NCBI RefSeq assembly: GCF_006345805.1
Contig: NC_043001.1
Coordinates: 34,410,001-34,474,000, forward strand
Length of the DNA stretch: 64,000 nt
Reading direction: 5' to 3'
DNA from: Octopus sinensis
Taxonomy: Eukaryota
A model generated the notes under the pieces. That model saw nothing but the letters and a program-made list of their open reading frames with translations, searched no databases and had not been told where the DNA came from. Positions 39,183-53,310 of this stretch are shown here, piece by piece. Position 1 is the first letter of the stretch; the number at the start of each line of letters is the position of its first letter. The translations under genes were made by a program, and so were the position numbers.

Positions 39183-41050
39183 CAGGCAAAAGCTCAAATA
39201 ATAGAAACATTTGAGAAGAGAAACAAGTTTTACAAGCAAAATAAGTTGTTCACATCCAATGCGAAAACATTCTACAGAGAACTAGGTAAGCAGATAATAA
39301 CCGTTGAAGACAACCCCTCCCATGAGAGAAGCTGATAACTTTTGAAAAAATGTGGAGTGATGAAAAGAGATACAATAAAAATGCAGACTGGATTAGACGT
39401 ACAGAAGTATCCTACCAAAATTTATCAGAACAAGCATGGAAAGATCACAACAGCAGACCTAAGAATGACTCTCACGAAGGCTCATAAGTGGGTATGCCTT
39501 AGTAATGATAGGTTGCCAAATTTCTGCCTCGCATAGCTCCCGTGCGCACACGAAAAGCTAGTTCAGTTTATCAATGAAATCATGAGAGATCTTACGAAAA
39601 ACCTGATTGGTTAGCAGAGGTATTATTTACCTACTCCCGAAGAATAATAAAAGCAAATTTCCCCAAAACTATAGGCCCATAGTATGTCTATCTACCACGT
39701 ATAAAGTTTTAACATCAATCTTCGTGGAGAAAACATATACAAATTTATGGAATAGAAAGATATTTTCCCCACTGAATAAAAAGGGTGCTCACGAAGCTCA
39801 TGGATGCAAAACAAACACTTAATTAGTCCTTGAGAACCGTCACAACAAATGAAGAAATCTCAGTTTTGCATGGATTGATTATAAAAAGGTCTTTGGCTGC
39901 ATACCGCATTCATGTATCATGAAGTCGCTGTATATCTTCAAAATTTCTCTTGCGATTTCAAACTTCCTGAAGCACAACATATCAGTGTGGAATACAAATC
40001 TCCAATTATAGCACTCTAATGGAGTATTGCCCATAAACAATATTAAATATCAACAGCAGTATCTTCCAAGGTGACTCACTTTCACCTCTAAATTTTGCAT
40101 AGACCTAATACCCTTACAAATGAACTTAAGGGAACAGGGTATGGATATAAAATTGGTGACAAGAAATTAAATCATCAATTTTCTATGAGTGACTTAAAAC
40201 TCTTTGGTAAATACGATAATGAGCTTGAAGGAACACTACGTACTGTGAAAGTATTCAGCGATGTGAAAGCATTCACCAGGGTGAATTTTAGTCTTGATAA
40301 ATATGCGAAGGCCACTTTCCAGAAAAGAAAATTAAAGACTTCACATTCAATGGTGATATATGTTGATACGGTTATAAAAGAGCACGAGCAGGAACAAACT
40401 TACGAATGCCTCGGAATAAACGAAGGTTCTGGCATACAGCATACAAATATGAAAGAGGAGATCAGAGAGGAATGTTACAGGAGAGATCGAGCAGTCCTAA
40501 AATCCAAGTTAAATGCACGTAAAAAGGTGTTAGCTATAAATTCTTTAGCAGTTCCGGTTGTTATTTACAGTTTCAGTGTGTTGAACTGGAATATGAGTGA
40601 AATAAGGAGGACTGACATGGATATCCGTAAGATGCTGACTTGCAATAAGATGCACCACTCAAAGACAGACACAGATCATCTTTACCTTCACAGAGCTCAA
40701 AGAGGTCGAAGCTCGATCCAATTTGAAATCTTTTACAAAACCACCACAGTTGGACTAGCAAAATATCCTTAAACATCTAAAGAGTGGATGCTAAAAGTCG
40801 TTGAAAACCACGAGCGATGTAAGAAGCTTCATTCTGTTATGAAGGAGAGCAAAAAATGCGCTAGTGAGTTTATACATAATACCCAGGTTGAACACATGAT
40901 GGAAGTGCGGCAACTGTAGTTGCAAAGGTGAAATCAATAGCAAAGCAAAATGCACTTGAACAATTGACTGATAGGTGGGAACAAAAACCTCTGCATGACA
41001 AATATGTGGCCCGTCGGAAACAGGTTGATGTAGACCAGAAACACATCTAT
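39183..41050 (+). pseudogene. Older R4/Dong-like RT remnant (different subfamily), many stops and frameshifts
   Basis: KAQ...EKRNKFYKQNK.F...K.FYRELGK, NYRPIVCLSTTYK, WIDYKK, FQGDSLSP, SDLKLFGK, NSLAVPVVIYSF, GRSSIQ, all colinear with the 9.3-11.6 kb ORF. Confidence 0.85.
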
Positions 41051-41054
41051 CAGG

Positions 41055-41250
41055 CAGTTCGATTCCAGGCAGTGATAAGAATAATATAATAATAATAATA
41101 ATAATAATAATATAATAAAATAATACTAATCATAATAATAATAATAATAACAAGAACATCGAAAATACCTTAGGAATGAGACCTAGGTTCAAAATTTCCC
41201 CAAGACACCTGAAGAAGGCGGAGGGGAGGGTATATCAGCCGAAATGTGTT
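41055..41250 (+). mobile_element. SINE S5, 5'-truncated, with decayed hammerhead
   Basis: gttcgattccaggcagtga-(AAT)n-aacatcgaaaataccttaggaatgag...acacCTGAAGAaggc...cagccGAAATG. Confidence 0.75.
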
Positions 41251-41317
41251 ATATGTATATATATATAATATATATATATTATATTGCGTGTTGTCTGTAC
41301 ATGTATATGGGTCTATT

Positions 41318-41363
<46 letters not shown>

Positions 41364-41395
41364 TGTGTGTGTGTGTGTATGTGTGTATGATGTGT

Positions 41396-41705
41396 GATGG
41401 CGCGTGGCTTAGTGGTTAGGGCATTGACTCGCGATCGTAAGGCTGAGTTCAATTCCCGGCACACGTTGTGTCTTGAGCAAGACACTTTATTTCACGTTGC
41501 TTCCAGTCCACTCAGCTGGCAAAAATGAGAAGTACTTGTATTTCAAAGTTCCAGCCTTGTCACACACTGTGTCACGCTGAATCTCCCTGAGAACCACGAT
41601 AAGGGTACACGTGTCTGTGGAGTGCTCAGCCACTTGCACGTTAATTTCACGAGGCAGCTTTTCCGTTGATCGGGTTCATCGACGTCATAACCGACGGAGT
41701 GCTCC
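41396..41705 (+). mobile_element. tRNA-derived SINE (S4)
   Basis: Head ggcgcgtggcttagtggttagg...gagttcaattcccg shares its first ~130 nt with the 158-385 copy, then has a different body. Confidence 0.7.
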
Positions 41706-41770
41706 TGTGTTGTGTGTATATAAATATAAACATAAATGTATGCATGCATGTATGTATGTATGTATGTATG

Positions 41771-41801
<31 letters not shown>

Positions 41802-42296
41802 CTATGGATGTATGTATGTATGTATGTACGTACGTACAGTCGATTGCATCGATTTCAGGTAATGCATTTACACAGGAATGTGATGATGAAAGGCACTGCA
41901 GAATTCGATCTCGGAACATAGAGGAATGAGACAAGAGACTAAATACTACAAGACATTTAGTCTGGTGATACATTTCTATGTCATCCCACCTCCTTTGGAA
42001 TTCCCATTATTTACACAATACATACAGAATGCTGAGTCTGTTTTGAAAGAATTTGCTTTGATGTTTTCAATCAAAAAACCTAAACCTGCCATTCGTCTTT
42101 CACACAGGAACCACATATTAGTATTGGAAATAAGAGTCAAAATTATAGGGTAGTAGTAATTATTAGTGTTGTTATTGCTGTTGTTGTTGTTGTTGTTGTT
42201 ATTGCTATTGCCAATAGTTATAGGGTGAATATTGAAGATTGTTGAAAGCTTATCGAGTTTTTCATATCTAGCACCTTTGATGTATTCTATCTATCC

Positions 42297-42424
<128 letters not shown>

Positions 42425-42797
42425 ATATGCATACATACATACATACATGCATACATACATACATACATACATACATACATGCAGGCATACATACATACAT
42501 GCATACATACATACATACATACATACATACATGCAGGCATACATACATACATGCATACATACATACATACACACACACATGTATATAAACATAAACATAT
42601 ATATAAACATATATACATGCATGTGTATGTATGTGTGTATATACACGCACACAACATTGTGAAGGCGTGTTGCTCACTGGTTAGAGTGTCGGGCTCTCCT
42701 TCTTCTTCTTCTTCATCTCTTTCTTCTTCTCTTTCTTCTTCTCTTTCTTCTACTTCTTCTCCTTCTTCTTCTTCTTCTTCTGCTGCTGCTGCTGCTG

Positions 42798-42829
<32 letters not shown>

Positions 42830-42862
42830 GCTGCTACTACTACTGCAGCTGCTGCTGCTGCT

Positions 42863-42909
<47 letters not shown>

Positions 42910-43114
42910 GTCTCCTCATCTTCTTCTTCTTCTTCTTCTTCTTCTCTTCTTCTTTAGAAAGAGAAATTGATTACTTGGCAACTAGAGGGCGTATCGGCTG
43001 AAAAGCAAATCAAATTCTGGAACAGCATTTAAGAGATAAAAATATACCCCGGAAAAAATATATATGCAACGTTAAATAACCCCCCCCCCGCCCCGATACG
43101 AATCTGCATGTGCG

Positions 43115-43149
<35 letters not shown>

Positions 43150-43781
43150 ACACATTATATATAACCTTGTGTGTGTAAGAATGCGTGTACGTGTGTATCA
43201 ATATGAATAGTACACTTCCTCTCTGTCGTCGTCATATTTATTTAACACAGTTTTGCTCTTTCATTGATTTCTTGGTTCAGACTCCCTCTCTACGCCCTTC
43301 TTTTATCCGACATCTTTAATGTCAATTATATTCCTGTGAATATATGTTTATCTATATATTTATTTATTTATTTATACATACATACATACACACATACGTA
43401 CACATATGTATATACACATAAATGCACATATATAGATATGCATAGACACATACAAATGAACAGGCACACACATGGATGCGTGCACATACACACACACATA
43501 TATATGTGCGTATATATATATATATATTTATATATATAGTCAGTTCCATGGATGTTGAAATCTAGATTTACCTACGGAGACAGCAATTAAATATCGCCTT
43601 AGGAGATTCATATGGATCTTCTTATGCAGGTAAATCGTTACAAAATTTAATTCAAATTTAAGTTTAACTTTAAATCCTGTATATACTTGGATCCGTATGT
43701 ATCGAAACATTTGCAGTGATTATTTAAAAGTTGCACTTACTCTTCCTTTCGATTTTTTTACTTCCTACTTTTTTACTTTAT

Positions 43782-43813
<32 letters not shown>

Positions 43814-43889
43814 GAAGCTTACTTCCCAACCGCATGATTCTGGGTTCAGACCCACTGCATGGTACCATGAGTAAGTTTCTTTTACTATA

Positions 43890-44796
43890 GTCTCATGCAG
43901 TAATCTCCAAACATCTGGCTTTGAGGATGCTTTCTTGTTCTTTTTATGAAGTGACCTGTCCATTACGCCCCAGAGATGTTCAATAGGATTCATATCTGCT
44001 GACTGGTTTGGCCATGGAAGCTTTGTAATGCATCCAACAAATCTGGAACGTTTTAGCCGTGTACAAAAACCTCCATCTTCCATAAATACAGAATCTTCTT
44101 TAATCATACCCCCACTGGAGAAGATTGGAACGAGTCCGTTCTGCAATATGGACATATATTTATCTGGGTTTATGTTTCCCTCACACTCCAACAGTTCTAA
44201 ATTGACCATTGTCCCTAATTTCTCGCCAGACCATCTCAGAATGCTGTCATACTTCATTGTTGGGGGCAACCTTTTCACATCAAAATTTTGATCACAGAGT
44301 CTTTAGACCCACACTCGACCACTGCCAGAAAATACAACAAAGCTGGACTCATTGGAGAATATGACAGTGTCCCAAAATGATAGTAGCCTTTCCACCATCT
44401 CACTGGCTCAGTCTTTTCTTCCACTTGAACTTGGCTGGCCAAAGAAGTGGCTTCCTTCTTGCTGCTCTGCCATAGTAACCAAGTTTGTGGAGATACCTGA
44501 TACCTGTTCTAGGACAGACATCAACATGTTCTGCTATGTCAGATGCCTTAGAACAAGGATTATCCTCCACACTTCTCTTAACAAAAAGAAAGGTCCAATC
44601 AGAGAGCCCTGGTCAACCTGAGAGAGGTGATGTGGAATCCTTCCCTTCTCTGGTGAATTGTGCAGTCACTCTATCAACTGTAGAAAGCAGGATCCCAAGA
44701 TTTTCTGCGATTTTATGCTATGTCCACCTTCATATTGACCACAATATGGCCTCTTTGAAATTCAGACAGTTCCAAGGCTTCTTTCGTACATGGCAT
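43890..44796 (-). pseudogene. Tc1-like DDE transposase remnant
   Basis: From ATG at 44796: ELSEFQRGHIV...GRAARRKPLL...VIFSNES...FMEDG...WPNQSADMNPIEHLW. Confidence 0.88.
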
Positions 44797-45144
44797 GATT
44801 AAACAGTCACACATAGAACCTGAAACATAAAAATGTCAATTAATACAAAATATAAACCTTTAAATTAGATAAAACAAAACCCGATATTTTATGTGGCATC
44901 TATTTACTTCTTCTGTCATATATTTGTGCGTGTGTGTATATGTATATATATATATATATAATATTATATATCTATATATATATATATAATATATTCTATA
45001 TATATATATATATATATATACACCACCGGTGTAATGTAAGGGAAGTTAACCTCTAATTGGAGATATATACATCCATCCTCCATCCATCAATCCATCCATC
45101 CATCCATCATCCCATCCATCCATCCATCCATCCATCCATACATA

Positions 45145-45201
<57 letters not shown>

Positions 45202-45299
45202 TATATCTATATATATTGGGTAGAAATAGCAACACACACAAAGAATGAAAGAGACCTCGATATTATGTTAAATAAAGGAATTTATCTGTAAATATATAT

Positions 45300-45610
45300 A
45301 TCAAGATTAATCAGCCGAAATTGCAAGGATGATCCGGTTCTTGTCTGAAGATTGAAGGCTTCGAATGCTCCTCCGTGTTTTTTGTATCGTCTTCTAAATG
45401 TTTTTACGTTCTTGTCCCAGTTTGTAATTTTTCTACATATAATATATATCTATATATATATATATATATATAATTTTAATCCAAACGGTAAAAACAGAAA
45501 AAACAACAGCACGTGGAACAATTACAGTATTATTATTAATAGGCGCTCAGGAAAGATGGAAGCAGGAAGGTATGACGTTTCGAGCGGAGCTCTTCGTCGG
45601 AAACATATAT
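45300..45610. mobile_element. Penelope-like terminal-repeat fragments meeting at (AT)n
   Basis: Same layout as 26190-26560; minus-strand hammerhead-like motif at 45570-45604. Confidence 0.5.
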
Positions 45611-46300
45611 ATATATAATATATATATATAATTAATATATACGTATATTAAGAAGGTTTGGAGATGATGTACCATATTTTATTTGGAAGAAAAGAGGTAC
45701 TCAGAAATTCGGATGGTTTTATATTTACAGATATTTATTTGTATATTACATGTTTTTATACATCATATATCATATATCATGTATCATATATTAGCGCTTT
45801 CGTCCATTCTAGTGGAGTTTTCAGTGGAGTATGTATGCATATATGTATATATACATACATACATAATACACATATATATAATATATATGTATACACTATT
45901 ATACCTCTCTCTCACTCTATCACCCTAATCTCCCAACCCCTACTTTCAAGTTATCTTGACTGACCACTAACTGGTACACTTTCCCTGTCTTCGTCTCTGT
46001 ATTATCTCTATCCTTGTTTTTTTTCTTCTATTGTCTTTCTTTACTTTACTCCTATATTCTTGTTTTTTCATTCAGTTTTTCTTTTTTTCTTCTTCTTTTC
46101 TTCTCTTTTCTCTCTCTCTCTATATATATGTATATATATGAACATATATTGTAAATACGTACATGCGCATATGTATATATGTATATGTATACATATATAT
46201 GTATATATATATAAACATGTATATATGTATATACGCAATATACATATATATATATATGTAATATATTATATTATATATATATATATAGTATGTATATAAT

Positions 46301-46341
<41 letters not shown>

Positions 46342-46705
46342 TATATAGATACAACACATATATTTATTTCATATGCATATGTTCATATGCATATATACAT
46401 ACATGTACAGGTTTATGTATTCTATTTGTGTATATACATGTATAATTAATTCTTTACTCGAGTTATTGGACTCTTTTCTTTCAAGTCTGGTACAAATTCA
46501 TTTGGTACGTTTTGCCGAACCGCTAGTTTACGGGGAAGGAAACACATCAATACAAGTTGCCAATCACACACACATGCACAAACAGACCCCGCCACACCAA
46601 CACACACATGCATACATATTCCTTTATTCCTTTACCCGCTTTAGTCATAGGACTGCGGCCATGCTGGAGCACCGCCTTGAACGTTTTCAGGCGTACAAAC
46701 CGTCC

Positions 46706-46716
46706 CTAGGACTTAC

Positions 46717-46795
<79 letters not shown>

Positions 46796-46909
46796 CTCTT
46801 CTATCTATCGTCTGTCTATTATCTATCTATCTGTCTGTCATCTATCTATCTATCTAACTATCTATCATCTATCTATCTATCTATCTCTATCTATCTATCT
46901 ATCTATCTC

Positions 46910-46940
<31 letters not shown>
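46706..46940. repeat. (ATCT)n tract, left flank of the Tx1 element
   Basis: Direct reading. Confidence 0.95.
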
Positions 46941-46941
<1 letters not shown>

Positions 46942-49900
46942 GTAACCCTCTGTATTCTAATCATTAGAACTATGATCAAGATTGGTTGTTGTAAATGCGC
47001 GTGGCTTGGGGTCCCCTTGGAAACAAGGGTACCTCTTAAATGACATAAAGTCACATAAGTTAGAAATCATAGCCATAAGCGAGACCAGACTCCACAATCC
47101 GCGGGCCCTAAAGACCATGTTTGGCGGACAGTTCAACATTTATTTTTCCCCCTGACTGCCGAGAATGGGCGGTAGTGGCACCGCGGTACTTTTTCACAAG
47201 AGTCTGGATCTCAAAGTAAGGACAATATTCGTAGACAATATTCGTAGACAATATTCGTAGACTGGTCGTCCTGGATGTCGACGGCAGCAATGGGTGCGCT
47301 TTTCGACTCGTATCAGTTTACGCACCGCCCTTAACAGGTCGGGCGGATTTCTTTCAACGTCTAGAAGTTTTCTTGGGAACATCTCGTCCTTTACTCTTAG
47401 TGGGGGATTGGAATGCTACCTTGGACACGCATGTAGACTACGTGGGTAGAGATAGGAATAGACGGGGATGCAAATGCCTCAGAGACCTGCTCAGACGCTT
47501 TCAACTGTCTGACAGGTTCCGACTAGACCACCCGAATGCGCCAACGTGGACATGGAGCAACCGCATCGGGTCGTCGAGATCGTATCTAGATAGGATACTG
47601 TGTAGGACAGTAGATAGAGATAGCATAGGATGTCCACAATTCCACATAGTCAGCTACACGGATCACAAACTTGTGACAATGTACGCTAGACTTAGGTAAG
47701 ACACTTAGGCAGGGTCCCGGATACTGAAACTAAAACGCGCGTCTTTCCCATCGAGACAAGTTTTCAGAGACCGGATTAGCACACTAGTAAAGAGGGCTTT
47801 GAACGGGAGCCATCATCAACAACAAATGGTGGTTTTGCCCTCAAGAGCAGTAAAAGCAGAAGCGATTAGGTACAGCAAAGCACTAGCCATAGATGAAATA
47901 GAGTAGAGGGTGAGCTAGTTAAGAAGCTAGAAGAGGCAATTAGAAGCGGCATCGCATCCGACGTTTTGGCGGCGAGGTTGGCCCTCGACCAACACTTCAA
48001 CGCCAAACACGAAGGATGTGCTGTCAGAGCTAGGATGCGTGCTCTAAGGAACGAAGGTGTTGGAGCCCGAGAGAGGCCCCGGGTGGCAGAGGCGCAACAG
48101 GGCACAAAGCCACCATTCGGTCACTGGTAGATGAACAGGGCGCGAATTGCTCGAGCCAAGTAAAATGTGTGAGGCCTTTCAGCAGCATTTTGCCCCGACT
48201 GTTCGGAACGAGTGGAGGGCAAGAACGTAGGTGGACTTCAGTGCCTACCTACATAGCCTACCACGACTCTCGACAAGAAAGGCAGGGTGCTGCGAAGGTG
48301 CCATCACGGCGGCGGAAGTGCGGGAAGCGATGGCAGAATGCTCGAGAGACAAATCACCGGGTTTGGATGGTCTACCCTACGAGCTTTACAATTGTATGCC
48401 AGACTTGTTTGGAGATCTCTTGGCGGCGTGTGTACTGCAACTGTCAGCAAAACGGGAGCATTCCTGGTTTTGTGAGCCGAGGAGCCGTAACACTGCTGAA
48501 GAAAGATCTAAACAAGGGAAATGTAATAGATAACTTTTAGGCCCATCACTCTGCTTAATGCAGACTTGAAAATTTTGGCCAAGGTGCTAGCCAAGAGGTT
48601 GGCGCTTGTCATCGAGAAACTGGTCGACAAGGCGCAAACATGCGCCGTGCCAGGCCGGACCATCCATGACAACCTCCATCTGATGCGCTACATCATAGAA
48701 GGGTAGTTAACGAAACCCTGCATGGTGGGGCCCTGATCAACTTGGATCAATCGAAAGCCTTTGATAGGTAGACCATCGATACTTGGAGCAGTCCTGAGAG
48801 CGGCTGGTTTCGGTCCCGTCTTCCCGCGGCTGGATAGCTGCCTTGTACAGAGGCATCCTTCGGTAATTCGCGTAAATGGACATCTATCGAGACCTTTCGA
48901 CATTGCACGTTCGGTCCGTCAGGGATGCCTCCCTCTCGGGCGCTTGCGGAAGCTGGCGACTCTAAGGGGCATCCCGCGAGAATTGGATGCGGGACGAGCG
49001 TGTCTGCATACGCGGACGACGTCACCGTCATAGTGTCTAGCCACGAGCACATCGAGCTGGTCGGCGAAACACTGAAACTACTACGAAGCGGTGACAGGAG
49101 CGAAAATCAACCGGGAAAAGTCAGGGGCTTGCGACTAGGCACCTGGAGAAGCAAGCCCATGCCGTCCACCAGCGCCTCCGTCGTGGGACGCTGGACCGAC
49201 GGCCCGGTTGAGTTGCTCGGGGTCTGGTTTGGTCCGGACCTCCAAGGGAGAAGAACTGGAACGAGATAACGAGTAGGGTGGTCACTCCTCGCCCGGCAAT
49301 GGCCGAGAGGAACTGTCCCTAAAAGGTCGAGCGGAGGTGGCGAACACGTACATCGCGTCCGTCATCTACTACCGCCTGACCGTCGTACCTTGTCCCGACC
49401 CTACCATCACCAAACTACAAACGCATCCTCTTTCGCTTATGGTGGAAGGATGCGTCCCGATGGTCAGGCGATCCATTGCTGTCAACACCCGTTAAAAGGA
49501 GGCTGGGCATGCCGTGGTTGATGATGCGCAGACATGCGCTGAGACTGCGACATCTCTGGCTCATGTAGACGACGGTGAACAGGTGTGGTCGCCGTTTGTG
49601 AGGCACGCTTTCCCGCAGCTCGTCTCCATGACCGAACTGCAGTCGTGGATCAAAAGAGGCCGAGGAGGGCGAATGGCACCGCGAGTGTCGCGTTGCTCTC
49701 AAGCAACTCTGCCGTCCTGGGTCGACCTTAATGACTTCAACACAACCAAAGCATTCTATAGGGGTTTAGTGTGAGGGGAGGTACGACGACGAGCTCGGGG
49801 CGAACCTGGACGTCGACGAGGTTACCTGACCCGCCTGTTCAGGACGACTTTCGGCCAGGGCCCATGGACAACTTCCAGAGATCCCTGGCCTGGCAGTTGC

Positions 49901-50786
49901 TACCGAGAAGCGCTACCCGTTCGGGATAAGCTCTACAGACACGGCTCGAGAAACACGGGCCGACCTGCCCGAGATGCGGTCAGAGCGACGAAACCGTACC
50001 GTTCTGCACGCACTCGTTCAGTGTCCAACAATTTCCGACCTGTGGGCTTATGTCGAACATGCTGTCACGTGTGGGACGAGTCGGTTTATATCAGCTGAGT
50101 CTATCGTCATATTGTCACGCCGCCTCCTTCCTTCAAACGGGAAGGAAGAGCTATTTTCATCATCCTTGTGGCTATGGCGAAAGAATGTATCTGGTGGACG
50201 CGCTGAAAGGATTGGAGACAAACACTTTCCTCTCTGGTCCAATCTCTCATCAACTTCTTCAATATACCACTTGAAAAGGAAAGTGAGAGTAGAGAGGCAA
50301 GTTTTGTCTAGCGAATGTTTTAAAAAAAAGATGGGTGAATGTAGCAAGAATGGCACGTATGAATGACGAAGCCACCTTGAGCATAGTCCTATGAACCCAG
50401 AAATCGAAAACAGAGAGTTGCTTATTTGCAAAAAAAAAAAAAAAGAAATAAAAATGTGACTTCATTGACCGAGGTTACCGTGGTCTTTTCCGTAGGCTTT
50501 TCTTTCCACGGTAAACCTCACCTGTCCTCCCCTTTACACTTCATATTGACATTTCTGTGATAACGATCCCTATTGATCAATTTTTTTTTTCCTCTCCCCC
50601 TCTCCCCCTTTTTTTTAACACCCCCCTTTTTTGTTTCTCCTTCTCTCCTTTCTTTCTTTTACGTCCCTTTTGATCGAAAACAAACCCCCCCCCCTTCCTT
50701 TTTTTTTTTTTAAACCCTTCAAAAGAAAAGCTCTACCTTGTAATTTGTTCTATCTGTGTGCAGCCCTGTGTGCTAATAAAGAAACA
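46941..50786 (+). mobile_element. Tx1/L1-clade LINE (ORF2 APE-RT-CCHC plus 3' UTR), 5'-truncated, frameshifted
   Basis: ATG 46972 MIKIG..NARGL...AISETRL; VGDWNA; TW...SYLDRI; KSPGLDGLPYE; FRPITLLNADLKILAK; DQSKAFDR; VRQGC; AYADDV; CPRC...HALVQC; stop ~50394; 3' end aataaagaaaca. Confidence 0.92.
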
Positions 50787-50824
<38 letters not shown>

Positions 50825-50825
50825 C

Positions 50826-50858
<33 letters not shown>

Positions 50859-50904
50859 CTGTCTGTCTGTCTGTCTGTCTGTCTGTTCTATCTATCTATC
50901 TGTC

Positions 50905-50958
<54 letters not shown>

Positions 50959-50975
50959 CATCTATCTATCTATCT
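50787..50975. repeat. (ATCT)n/(GTCT)n tract, right flank of the Tx1 element
   Basis: Direct reading. Confidence 0.95.
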
Positions 50976-51029
50976 ATGTGTGTATGTCATTGTGTCTGTG
51001 TTTGCTCCTCATCGCCGCTTGACAAACAC

Positions 51030-51291
51030 CGGTTGTCAAGTGGTGTCGGAGGAACAAACATAGACACATAGCCACACACACATAGTTAGAGAAATAGACA
51101 GGTAGAAAGGAAGATACACACACACATATACTACGAAGGGCTTCTTTCAGTTTCCGTCTACTAAATCCACTTACAGGCTTTGGTGGGGCCCGAGGTTATT
51201 ATATAAGACACTTGCCCAAGGTACCACATAGTGGTACTTAAACCCGAATAATCTAGTTGGGAAGCAAGCCTCTTACCACACATCTACGCCT
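51030..51291 (-). mobile_element. SINE S1, head half, degenerate
   Basis: cttctttcagtttccgtctac...acacttgcccaaggt...cttaccacaca..tacgcct. Confidence 0.75.
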
Positions 51292-52061
51292 ATACATACA
51301 TACATACATACATACATACATAATACATACATACATACATACATACAATACATACACCCTACATACATACCTCATACATACGTACGTACATACATACATA
51401 CATACATACATACATAAATACATACATACATACATACATACATGCATACATACATACATACATACCTACACATACATCAATGCATACATCATACATACAT
51501 ACATACATACATGCATACATACATACAACATACGTACCATGCATACATACAACACACATACATACAAACATACATACATACATACATACATACATACATA
51601 CCTCATACATACATCGCAACATACATACATCCATACATAAATACATACACACATACTCATACATACATAACATACATACATACATACATACATACATACC
51701 TGCATACATACATACATACATACATGCATACATGCATACATACATACATACATACATCTGCATGCATACATACATACATACATACATACATGCATACATA
51801 CATACATACATACCTGAATACATACATACATACATACATACATGCATACATACATACATACACACAATACATACATACATACCATACCAGCATACATACA
51901 TACATACATGCATACACGCATGCATCATACATACATACATACTACATCCTACTGCATACATACATACATACATACATACATACATACCCTGCATACATAC
52001 ATACATACATACATAATACATACATACATACATGCAACATACATACATGCATACATACAAC

Positions 52062-52093
<32 letters not shown>

Positions 52094-53310
52094 CCTGCAT
52101 ACATACATACATACATACATACATACATACAACCCATACATGCATCCATACATACATACATACATCTATACATACACACAACATACATACATACATACAT
52201 ACATACATAATCCATACCTAATACATAATATTACATACATACATGCATACATGCACATACACCATACAAACATACATACATCTATACATACACACACATA
52301 CATACATACTACATACACACACATACAACATACATACATACATACATACATACATACATACATACCTGCATACATACATACCACATACATACATACATCA
52401 TACATACTACATACATACATACATACATACTTTACATACATACATACATGCATACATACAACACACAATACATACATCATACCTACATACATACATACAT
52501 ACATACATACATACATACACGCATGCATACCATACATACATACATACATACTACATACATACATACCTGCATACATACATACATACATACATACATACAT
52601 ACATACATACACGCATGCATACATACATACATACATAACATACATACTACCTGCATACATACATACATACATACATACATACATACATACATACATACGT
52701 ACGTACTACTACATACACTACATACATACATACATAATACATCATACATACATACATGCATACATAACTCATCATACATACATCATACATACATACATAC
52801 ATACATACATGCATACACACCACACATACATCATACATACATCATACATACAACATACACACATACATACATACATACATACATACATACATACATACAA
52901 TACATACATACAACTACACACATACTACATACTACATACATACATACATAACAACACACAGACATACATACATACATACATACTACGTACATACATACAT
53001 ACATACATACATACATACATACATACATACATAAATACACTACATACATACATACATACATACACACACACATACATACATACATACATACATACATACT
53101 ACATACATACATACCTGCATCATACAACATACATACATACATACATCATACATACTAACTTACATACATACATGCTGCATACATACACGCATGCATACAT
53201 ACACCACATACATACATCATACATACATACATACATACATACATACATGCATACATACACACACACATACATACATACATACATACATACATACATACAT
53301 ACATACATAC
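51292..53310. repeat. ~2-kb imperfect (CATA)n array
   Basis: Direct reading; source of the 466-aa HTYI ORF and overlapping MYVC ORFs. Confidence 0.95.
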
